From: Macrostomum lignano
Taxonomy: Eukaryota
Reading direction: 5' to 3'
NCBI GenBank assembly: GCA_002269645.1
Contig: NIVC01001108.1
Location: 1-56,511, forward strand
Length of the DNA stretch: 56,511 nucleotides
Position 1 is the first letter of the stretch, and every line of letters begins with the position of its first letter. The notes under the pieces are model-generated. The model did not search any database. It saw nothing but the letters and a program-made list of their open reading frames with translations, and was not told the DNA's origin. Shown here piece after piece: positions 24,954 through 37,300 of the stretch. Position numbers and translations under genes: made by a program.

Positions 24954-27900
24954 CTACTCAGCTCGAATCCCCAGATTGGCCTCGGCGCCAGTGACGGCGG
25001 CTGCGCTGGCGGCAGCCTCAGCGTCGGCCGCGTCGGCAGCGGCGGCAGCAAACTGGGCCAGCGACTGAAGCGGCTCAACGTCCGGGTCGGAATCCTGGCG
25101 CTGATGCTGATCGGAGGACTCGCCTGCGGCGGCAGCTGCTGGCCGATGGTCGTCGGCGGCAGACGGCCCAGATTTGCTTCCGTCACCGCCGCCACCGATG
25201 ACAACGTTCTGAGCGTCGTTCATGGCAGACTGGACGACCAAGGCTTGGCTTAGCGTCTCCTGACTGACTGGGCCTTCCAGGTGGATGAGCACGCTCACTG
25301 GCTCCTTGGAGCCGGGCAGGGTGACCTGAAATATGCGTGTAATAATAGGGATTTTAAAGATGGGAGGCTGGCATAGCAACTGACACTCGAAGAGGCTGGC
25401 CCAGCAACTGAGGATCTGGGAGGCTGGCCCAGCAACTGACACTCTGGAAGGCTGGCTCAGCAACTGAGGATCTGGGAGGCTGGCCCAGCAACTGACACTC
25501 TGGGAGGCTGGCCCAGCAACTGAGGATCTGGGAGGCTGGCCCAGCAACTGAGGATCTGGGAGGCTGGCCCAGCAACTGACACTCTGGGAGGCTGGCCCAG
25601 CAACTGAGGATCTGGGAGGCTGGCCCAGCAACTGAGCATCTGGGAGGCTGGCCCAGCAACTGAGGATCTGGGAGGCTGGCCCAGCAACTGACACTCTGGG
25701 AGGCTGGCCCAGCAACTGAGGATCTGGGAGGCTGGCCCAGCAACTGAGGATCTGGGAGGCTGGCCCAGCAACTGAGGATCTGGGAGGCTGGCCCAGCAAC
25801 TGAGGATCTAGGAGGCTGGCCCAGCAACTAAGGATCTGGGAGGCTGGCCCAGCAACTGACACTCTGGGAGGCTGGCCCAGCAACTGAGGATCTGGGAGGC
25901 TGGCCCAGCAACTGAGGATCTGGGAGGCTGGCTCAGCAACTGAAACTCTGGGAGGCAGGCCCAGCAACTGACACTCTGGGAGGCTGGCCCAGCAACTGAG
26001 AATCTGGGAGGCTGGCTCAGCAACTGAGGATCTGGGAGGCTGGCTTAGCAACTGAGGATCTGTGAGGCTGGCCTAGCAACTGAGGATCTGGGAGGCTGGC
26101 TCAGCAACTGAGAATCTGGGAGGCTGGCTCAGCAACTGACACTCTGGGAGGCTGGCTCAGCAACTGAGGATCTAGGATTCTGAAAGACAATGCCATTGCC
26201 AACCAACGGGAGAATCTGAAAAGGCTAAATAGCCCAAGTCAGTACATGAGAAGCGGCAGCATTATAGCAACTAATTAAACCGCACCTGCACAGTTCTGGA
26301 GCCACTGGCGCCAGAGTCGCCTATGCCGGACATGACGCCGCTCTCGTCTTCAATGCTGGCAACTCCGCCGCTATCGCCGTCCAGGCCGCTGATAACGGCA
26401 GTCGGCGGCGGCTGCACGGTGGCCGACGACGGCAGCGAGCGGTTGAGCGCGCCGCGGCAGGCCTGAAAGAGGAACAGTTTGATCAAATAAGTTAGCTAAC
26501 ACACAAACTACTAAGAGTAGCTGATCAGGACTAATGCTATATGCTTAAAGTGGCTAGCGCAGTAAGTTAAGCACAGTTGGCCGCAGTTAGTACATGGTTT
26601 TAAATAGAACAAAAACTTCAGCTAGGGTTCTGTAAGCATGGAGGCTCAGCAAGTTAACCAAATGCACTCACATCAACGTGCTGCTGGTAGCGCTCAACGC
26701 TCATCTCGCCGCAAATGATTTTTTCACAGTTAGCGCAACCGTAGGACACTACGGGTCTGGCTAGCGGCTTGCCGCTGTTGCAGCCTCGCTCCCGGTGCAG
26801 CTTCAGCAGGCTGCTGAATTTGAACTGGGCGTCGCACTCGTTGCAGCGGTATCTGAGGTTTTGGTGGCACTTTTTAATCATCGTCTGGTACCTTGGATAG
26901 CTAATCCTATTGCTTAGATCTTCAATCCCAAGATCTGGATCCCTAATCCTATTGCTTAGATCTTCAATCCCAAGATCTGGATCCCTAATCCTATTGCTTA
27001 GATCAATAATCCCAAGATCTGGATCCCTAATCCTATTGCTTAGATCAATAATCCCAAGATCTGGATCCCTAATCCTATTGCTTAGATCAATAATCCCAAG
27101 ATCTGGATCCCTAATCCTATTGCTTAGATCAATAATCCCAAGATCTGGATCCCTAATCCTATTGTTTAGATCTTTAATCCCAAGATTTGGATCCCTAATC
27201 CTATTGTTTAGATCTTTAATCCCAAGATTTGGATCCCTAATCCTATTATTTAGATCTTTAATCAAAAAGATTTGGATCCCTAATCCTATTGTTTAGATCT
27301 TTAATCCCAAGATTTGGATCCCTAATCCTATTATTTAGATCTTTAATCAAAAAGATTTGGATCCCTAATCCTATTATTTAGATCTTTAATCAAAAAGATT
27401 TGGATCCCTAATCCTATTGTTTAGATCTTTAATCCCAAGATTTGGATCCGCAATCCTATTGCTTAGATACTGAATCTCAAGAATTATATCCCTACTATTG
27501 TTCTTAAGATCATTAATCCCAAGATTTGGATCCCCAATTCTATTGCTTAGATCATTAATCCCAAGATTTGGATCCCTAATCCTATTGTTTTAAATCATAA
27601 ATCACAAGATTCGGATCCCTAATTATAATCTCGTTTAGATCTTAATCCCAGGATCCTTAATCCCATCTAAGAATTTGCTCCTCAATCCCAGGATTCAGAT
27701 TCCGTGCTGTAGTCACTAGATCCCTAATTCTAAGACGATTGTCTCTAACCCCGGAATAAAAGATTTCTAATCCATACCTCGGCTTGTTCAGATGATCAAC
27801 CTTCATGTGGTCAACCAGGTCAGTCTTGGCGTTCCAACCTTCAAACACCTGGCCGCATCTGGCGCAGCCAAAGCGCAGGCGTTTGCCAGAGTGCGACTGC

Positions 27901-30900
27901 AGATGCCGGCCCAGCTCCAGCTTGTTGTGGCAGGTTTCGCCGCAGAAATCGCAGAACATGACGGTCTCCATGGGCGGGATGGCGCTCAGCACCGACTCCA
28001 GGTTCACGTTGGCTGCGGACTGGAAGTGTATGGACGAGCAATTAGATACATAGATAGATGGATAGATAGATAGATAGATGGATAAATGATAGATGGATAG
28101 ATAGATAGATAGATGGATAGATGATAGATAGATAGATAGATAAATGATAGATGGATAGATAGATAGATAGATAGATAAATGATAGATGGATAGATAGATA
28201 GATAGATAGATAACTATCCATCCAGACAGACAGACAGACACAGAAAATCAGGCAGACAGACAGACAGACAGACAGACACAGACAGGCAGGCAGGCAGGCA
28301 GACAGACAGGCAGACACACAGACACAGACAGGCAGGCAGGCAGGCAGACAGACAGGCAGACACACAGACACAGACAGGCAGGCAGGCAGGCAGGCAGACA
28401 GACAGGCAGACACACAGACACAGACAGACAGGCAGGCAGGCAGGCAGGCAGACAGACAGGCAGACACACAGACACAGACAGGCAGGCAGGCAGGCAGGCA
28501 GACAGACACAGACAGACAGGCAGGCAGGCAGGCAGGCAGACAGACAGGCAGACACACAGACACAGACAGGCAGGCAGGCAGGCAGGCAGACAGACAGGCA
28601 GACACACAGACACAGACAGACAGGCAGGCAGGCAGGCAGACAGACAGGCAGACACACAGACACAGACAGGCAGGCAGGCAGGCAGGCAGACAGACAGGCA
28701 GACACACAGACACAGACAGACAGGCAGGCAGGCAGACAGACAGGCAGACACACAGACACAGACAGGCAGGCAGGCAGGCAGGCAGACAGACAGGCAGACA
28801 CACAGACACAGACAGACAGGCAGGCAGGCAGGCATGCAGGCAGACAGACACACAGAGAGGCAGGCAGGCAGGCATGCAGGCAGACAGACACACAGAGAGG
28901 CAGGCAGGCAGGCATGCAGGCAGACAGACACACAGAGAGGCAGGCAGGCAGGCATGCAGGCAGACAGACACACAGAGAGGCAGGCAGGCAGGCATGCAGG
29001 CAGACAGACACACAGAGAGGCAGGCAGGCAGGCATGCAGGCAGACAGACACACAGAGAGGCAGGCAGGCAGGCATGCAGGCAGACAGACACACAGAGAGG
29101 CAGGCAGGCAGGCATGCAGGCAGACAGACACACAGAGAGGCAGGCAGGCAGGCATGCAGGCAGACAGACACACAGACAGACAGGCAGGCAGGCATGCAGG
29201 CAGACAGACACACAGAGAGGCAGGCAGGCAGGCATGCAGGCAGACAGACACACAGACAGACAGGCAGGCAGGCATGCAGGCAGACAGACACACAGAGAGG
29301 CAGGCAGGCAGGCATGCAGGCAGACAGACACACAGAGAGGCAGGCAGGCAGGCATGCAGGCAGACAGACAGACACACAGATTCTCACCTGCTGGTCGAAG
29401 AAGCGCAGCTGCTGATAGGCCACCTTGGCCATGTCAGTCCGCTTGAGCGGCACAGCCAAGTTCAGCACGGTGTTGGCCCCGCCACCGCCGGAGGCAGGCG
29501 ACCTTGATCGCATCCTGGACAGCACCGTCTGCGGCGGCTCCTTCCACTGCATGAACACTCGATGGACGGTGCGCTGATGATGGCGCAGGCGGCTGAAGCT
29601 GGGGAAGTAGACGGGCACTGGTGGCACTCGTACGGCGTCTCGTCGACGTGATCGACGGCGATGTGACGCTCCAGCGCGGTGATCTTTTCGAATTGGGCGC
29701 TGCACAGCTCGCAGGTGAGCTTCAGCTCGTCTAAGTTTCCTGTCGAGAGCAGGTAATGAGCTGTTTAGATATAGAAATCAAAGCGGCTAGGATCGAACAC
29801 AAAGACTCCAAGACAGACTCCAAGACAGGCTTAAAGACAGACTCCAAGACAGGCTTAAAGACAGACTCCAAGACAGGCTTAAAGACAGACTCCAAGACAG
29901 GCTTAAAGACAGACTCCAAGACAGGCTTAGAAACAGACTCCAAGACAGGCTTAGAGACAGACTCTAAGACAGGCTTAGAGACAGACTCCAAGACAGGCTT
30001 AAAGACAGACTCCAAGACAGGCTTAGAAACAGACTCCAAGACAGGCTTAGAGACAGACTCCAAGACAGGCTTAGAAACAGACTCCAAGACAGGCTTAGAG
30101 ACAGACTCCAAGACAGGCTTAGATACAGACTCCAAGACAGGCTTAGAGACAGACTCCAAGACAGGCTTAGAGACAGACTCCAAGACAGCCTTAAAGACAG
30201 ACTCCAAGACAGGCTTAGAGACAGACTACAAAACGGGCTCAAAGGTTGAAAGACAGGCTCAAAGACGGGCCTAAAGACAGACTTAGATACAGGCTTAAAA
30301 ACAGACTCCAAGACAGACTCCAAGACAGTCTCTAAGACGGGCTTGTAGACAGGCTTATAGACAGGCCTAAAGACAGACTACAAGACAGGCTTAAAAAGAG
30401 ATCTGAGACGCAGAGACAGACATCTGACAGGCAGGCACTAGCTCACCGCCAACTGAATCAGCCGAGGCATTGAAATCGTCCATATCAATAGAAGCGGCAG
30501 AGTCTTGCAGTACAGCGGCGCCACCGCTGGCTCGCTGGCGATAGACCCGAACCTGCTGCTGTCTCTTACCACTGCCCTGTCCCTGGTGCACAGCGGCATA
30601 GTGATTAGACAGCAGGTGCACCCGATCGAATGAGGAACCGCACACGGTGCATAGAAACGGTTGCACCAAAGATTCCGCATTGTTAGACGAGTCTCCGCCA
30701 GCCAAGGAGGCGGCGGCGGCAGCGGCCAGAGCGGCAGAATTGGTGCCAACCCGCTGACGGGCCCGCCTACGCAGACCTGGCGCAATCAGCAGCTTGTAGG
30801 CACCGCTCTCAGCTAGGGGATGCTCGGCTTTAACATGCCGACGCAGACTGATGTAAGTTTCAAATGTGCTGTCGCATTCTAGACAGGCGAAAGCTCGAAC

Positions 30901-31272
30901 ACCTGGATGGCGTTGCAATAGGTGCCGATCGCGACTCTTCAGAGTGGCCATGTCAGTCATGCAGATTGGGCAAGGGAACGACTGTAGAGGTGATGGACCG
31001 CCAGCCGAGCGAGATGACACGTAGTGCGGTGTGTCGGTGGCGAATGGCTGCTGCTGCTGCTGGCGGAGCTGCTTTCTGGCCTGCTGTTGCTGCTGCTGCA
31101 GCGGTGGGCGACCTCGCTGCTGATGTCGGACAGCGGGCTTGGGGTCGATTGACTGATCGTCGATCTGCAGTTTGGTAGATTAACAATTTTAATTAAAAAG
31201 CGCGTTATGATCAGACGGAAAAGGTTTCAGCAAAGATCTACGCAGAGACAGACAGATGGAGGGACACAGGCG

Positions 31273-31304
<32 letters not shown>

Positions 31305-31353
31305 CAGGCAAATGGACAGACAGACACAGGCAAATGGACAGACAGACAGACAC

Positions 31354-31388
<35 letters not shown>

Positions 31389-34240
31389 CAGGCAAATGGA
31401 CAGACAGACACAGGCAAATGGACGGACAGACACAGGCAGATGGACAGACGGACAACAGGCAGATGGACAGACAAACACAGGCAGATGGACAGACAGACAC
31501 AGGCAAATGGACAGACAGACACAGGCAGATGGACAGACGGACAACAGGCAGATGGACAGACAGACACAGGCAGATGGACAGACAGACACAGGCAAATGGA
31601 CAGACAGACACAGGCAGATGGACAGACGGACAACAGGCGGATGGACAGACGGACAACAGGCAGATGGACAGACAGACACAGGCAGATGGACAGACGGACA
31701 ACAGGCGGATGGACAGACGGACAACAGGCAGATGGACAGACGGACAACAGGCAGATGGACAGACGGACAACAGGCAGATGGACAGACAGACACAGAGGTT
31801 TAAGCAGACAGACAGACCGATAAAGTAATAAGTGGATAGAAAGACTAATCTACATCCATTAGATCTGTTAACTCGTTTAGCTTTTCTACGAAATTCCCGT
31901 TTTGTTATAAAATAGCTTACACATTCATTTTTACTACTGAACTATGCAGATGCAGATTTAGCTATTGAAAACAGTATCAGTGTTCTAAACAGAAAGATAC
32001 AGGCAAACAGACAGAATCGGAAATCGAACCTCATTATCCAATGCCTCGTCTCGCTGAGCCAGCAGCTGATCGAAGTCGATCTCCATGGTAACGCGACGCT
32101 TCTGCTGTTGCTGCTGCTGCTTATTAGGATTTGGTTTTCGACCACGCCGACTAGCCGAGGCCGGCGTGCCTGGCTTAGCAACAAAACTAGCATCGATATC
32201 AACGTCGTCTGGTTCGTCTTCGAATGCGTAGACGTCGAAGTTGCTTTGCTCTCTGGCGGCGGCGGCTGGCTGCAGTTGGATGGACATGTCAGAGTCCAGC
32301 ATGCCCGGATGCGACCGATAGAAATTACTACGCCCGGGAAACGCCAAATCGTATTCCTCTTCTACAGCGTCTGCAGATTCCATGATGCTGCGCTTGTCAC
32401 GCTGCCAGCGCCAATTGTCTGGCAGCTTCTCCATCAGTACGATGCTGCTGCAGCGGCTGTGCTGCCAGTCCATGTGCTTGGCCAAGTGTTCGGCTGTGCG
32501 AAACGACTGCCCGCAGGCTCGGCACTGCATTGTCAGGCGCCAGTGCAGACAGTCGGGCACAGGGGCGTGCACCTGCGTTAGCGTGTTTTGGGGGAATTTT
32601 AAGTATGACAAGGGAACGTCCACGTTTTAAGAACTTTTATCATATCCTTAGAATAATGAGTAGAATTACTAGAATTTAGATCAGGATTCCTAGAGTTGGG
32701 ATCAGAAATGTCTAGAATTGGGATCAGGATTCCTAGAATTGGGATCAGGATTCCTAGAATTGGGATCAGAAATGCCTAGAATTTGGATCAGGATTCCTAG
32801 AATATAGATCAGGATTCCTAGAATTGGGAATACAAAATTCCTAGAATTTGGATCAGGATTCCTAGAATTGGGAATACAAAATTCCTAGAATTTAGATCAG
32901 GATTCATAGAATTAAAATTCCTAGAATCGGGAATAGAAATTCCTAGAATTGGGTTCAGAATTCCTAGAATTGGGTTCAGGATTCCTAGAATTGGGATCAG
33001 AAATGTCTAGAATTGGGTTCATGATTCCTAGAATTGGGATTAGAATTCCTAGAATTGGGATCAGGATTCCTAGAATAGGGTTCAGGATTCCTAAAATTGG
33101 GATCAGGATTCCTAAAATTGGGATCAGAAATTCCTAGAATTGGGATCAGGATTCCTAGAATTGGGATCAGAAATTCCTAAAATTGGGTTTAGGATTCCTA
33201 GAATTGGGTTCAGGATTCCTAGAATTGGGTTCAGCATTCCTAGAATTGGGATCAGGATTCCTAGAATTTGGAGGGATTCCTAGAATTGGGATCAGAATTC
33301 CGTGAGCCAGACTTTAAAAACACAACAACTCACCCTATGCTGTTTAACATAGTGATTCTGCAACGCTTTAACAGTTCTTAAACGCATTCCGCAATAGACA
33401 CATTCCAATCCGTGCGAGTCACTGTGACTAGCAACAATGTGCTGGTCTAGACTACGAGACGAGGACAGCTTCAAGGAGCAGATTGGACAATTGTACGCTC
33501 CGATAGTTGTTGCAGGAGAATGAGCTCCGGGTGACGACAATTTCAATCGCTTATCAATCACCGACGATGAGAATGACGATGATGGAGTCCTAGAGGAAGC
33601 TGGACCAGACGGTCCAGATGATCCGGGTCGCTTCCTGTGAGACGGAGTGGCGCCACTAGCTGACCCAGCCGTTGGCGTTGCAACAGCCGTGCTACTAGTG
33701 TTGTGCAACTTCAAGTAGTCAATCTTGTTTGTGTGGCCAGCCCTCAGCCGGGTGGATCGCCACACCTGATTAGAGCCGGGCTCATCGCCTCCACTACTTG
33801 CTGCATCTGGAGAGCTGCCATCTGTGCCAGCACTGGCTGCATCTGCAGGCTTAGCTTTCCTCGGAGTTCTATGGGAATTAGAAATTTGTTGAACTTATAC
33901 TGTGGTAATTTTAATTTTTTGTCTCATGGTCAACTAATAACAGTCTGTAGAAATTACTTGTAATAACAAATACTATAAATCATATGTAGGCTTGTATAAG
34001 TATATCATAAATAACTGTGCATACTCTGCACCTTGGTATGGAAATCTAGTTTTAGTATAATCAGTACATTGTAAAAGATAATCCAATTACTCTTTTGGTG
34101 ACAATTCTATCAATTAGTCTAATAAGTTATGTTGTAACTTGCTATTATAAATATATTTATAATATATTAATTTATTTAAATTTAAAAAAAGCTTTTTTAT
34201 ATATTATGATATTGTATAATTTAGTCCAGGGGTCCCCAAC

Positions 34241-34312
<72 letters not shown>

Positions 34313-37300
34313 CCTTTGTCTTTCTGCCAGAACATATGGAGGATATTAGAGATGCGCCATAACATTACAACACATGCTTTCTTGCAATTGCTACTGTTTA
34401 CCACTGGTCTGTAGCAATAGCACTTCTGCATCACATGCAATAAGAGCATGTCATCCCATACAACTAACTAGGTAGTCATGGTGCTAGCCAGGTTTGTAGG
34501 GAATGCAACTGGGTATTTATACTTATAATGGGCTAGATAGCCTGCGAGACACATAGGCATACTGAATACTCACTATATGCTTTCTATACTATGCACTAAG
34601 TATGACTTTAGCTATCCTTTCAGATACACCTACTGTTTATGACAATTCTATAAATGTAAGGTATTCTAAATAAATTTAAATAATCAATATGTAGTGCATA
34701 TAATTGTAACAACTGCAAGGTCCTTTATTGTTGCAACAGCAAAAAAGGTCTTATTGTTGCAATTACAAAAAAGTCCTTTATTGTTCCTATGCCTTATGGG
34801 CCCCACATATAAAGCATGACTTCTGGCTGCATGCCACGCGCAACTTCTATGGCAATCAAAAATGTTCCTATGTAGCTGGCATATCCACAAGATTATGGTA
34901 TTTATTTACTATTAAATGATTTTTAGTAGTAGACTAGCAATCTAGTGCGGCCTCCCTTCGGGGCGCCCAATAAGCATGGAGCAAAAATAGTTAATGGAAA
35001 ACAATTAAAAAAGCACATTTTCTTAAACACCAATTCCTTCTTAACTTTTAAAAATCACCTTATTCATGTAAAATTGTCACGGACAATGATATTTGCTATG
35101 AATCTATTTTTTTCTAAAATTAACAAATATACAACAAAATATAACTTTCACAAAGATAACAAACATTACCTCTAAATAGAAAATATTCCCAAGACAGCAA
35201 GCATCCCTCCAGATAGCAAGCACCCCTCCAAAAGTAAGCAACCGCAGATAACAAGCATCCCCCAAATATTGTAGAAGCATCCACCCAGATAGCAAGCATC
35301 TGCAGATAGCAAGCATCCCCAAATATTGTAGAAGCATCCACCCAGATAGCAAGCATCCCCCAAATATTGTAGAAGCATCCACCCAGATAGCAAGCATCCC
35401 CCAAATATTGTAGAAGCATCCACCCAGATAGCAAGCATCCCCCAAATATTGTAGAATCATCCACCCAGATAGCAAGCATCCCCCAAATATTGTAGAAGCA
35501 TCCACCCAGATAGCAAGCATCCCCCAAATATTGTAGAAGCATCCACCCAGATAGCAAGCATTTGCAGATAGCAAGCATCCTGCAGGCAGCAAGCATTTCC
35601 CAAATATTGTAGAAGCATCCACCTAAACAGCAAGCATAGCAAGCAAGAATCCATAAAAAGCAAACATCCCTAGATAGAAAGAATCCCATACATGTAGCCA
35701 AGCTTATCAAGCGCAGTAATCCTTTGTTTGCCAAGCGCAGTAATCCTTGGTCTATCAAATACAGTAATCCTTGGTCTATCAAGTGCAGAAATCCTTGGTT
35801 TATCAAGTGCAGTAATCCTTGGTATATAAACTGCAATAATCCTTGGTTTATCAAGTGCAGTAAGTCTTGGTTTATCAAGTGCAGAAATCTTTGACTTATC
35901 AAGCGAAGTAATCCTTGGCTTATCAAGTGCAGTAATCCTTTGTTTATCAAGTGCAGAAATCCTTGGTTTATCAAGTGCAGTAATCCTTGGTATATAAACT
36001 GCAGTAATCCTTGGTTTATCAAGTGCAGTAAGTCTTGGTTTATCAAGTGCAGAAATCTTTGACTTATCAAGCGAAGTAATCCTTGGCTTATCAAGTGCAA
36101 TAATCCTTCGTTTATCAAGTGTAGAAATCCTTGGTTAATCAAGTACAGTAAGCCTTGGTCTAACAAGTGCAGTAAGTATTGGTTTATCAAGTGCAGTAAG
36201 TCTTGGTTTATCAAGTGCAGTAAGTCTTTGTTAATCAAGTGCAGTAATCATTGGTTTATCAAGTGCAGTAATCCTTGGCTTATCAAATGCAGTAAGTTCT
36301 GGTCTATCAAGTGTAGAAATCCTTGGTTTATCAAGTGCAGTAAGTCTTGGTTTATCAAGTGCAGAAATCCTTGGTTTATCAAGTGCAGTAAGTCTTGGTT
36401 TATCAAGTGCAGAAATCCTTGGTTTATCAAGTGCAGTAAGTCTTGGTTTATCAAGTGCAGAAATCCTTGGTTTATAAAGTGCCGTAAGTCTTGGTCTATC
36501 AAGTGCAGAAATCCTTGGTTTATCAAGTGCAGTAAGTTTTGGTTTATCAAGTGCAGAAATCCTTGGTTTATAAAGTGCCGTAAGTCTTGGTTTATCTACT
36601 GAAGTAATCATTGGTTTATCAAGTGCAGTAAGTCTTGGTTTGTCAAGTGCAGAAATCCTTGGCTTATCAAGTGCAATAATCCTTGGTTTATCAAGTGCAG
36701 TAAGTCTTGGTTAATCAAGTGCAGTAATCAATGGTTTATCAAGTGCAGTAATCCTTGGCTTATCAAGTGCAGTAAGTCTTGGTTTCTCAAGTGTAGAAAT
36801 CCTTGGCTTATCAAGTGCAGTAATCCTTGGTTTATCAAGTGCAGTAATCATTGGTTTATCAAGTGCAGTAAGTTCTAGTCTATCAAGTGCAGTCATCCTT
36901 GGTTTATCAAGTGCAGTAATCCTTGGCTTATCAAGTGCAGTAATCCTTGGTATATCAAGGGCAGTAAGGGGGTTTATCAAGTGCAGTAAGTTCTGGTCTA
37001 TCAAGTGCAATAATCCTTGGCTTATCAAGTGCAGTAAGTCTTGGTTTATCAAGTGCAGTAATCCTTGGTCTATCAAGTGCACTTGATGGGCCAAGTCTTG
37101 GTTTATCAAGTGCAGAAATCCTTGGCTTATCAAGTGCAGTAATCCTTGGTTTATCAAGTGCAGTAATCCTTGGTTTATCAAGTGCAGTAAGTTCTGGTCT
37201 ATCAAGTGCAATAATCCTTGGCTTATCAAGTGCAATAATCCTTGGTTTATCAAGTGCAGTAATCCTTTGTTTATCAAGCGCAGTAGTCCTTGGTTTATCA

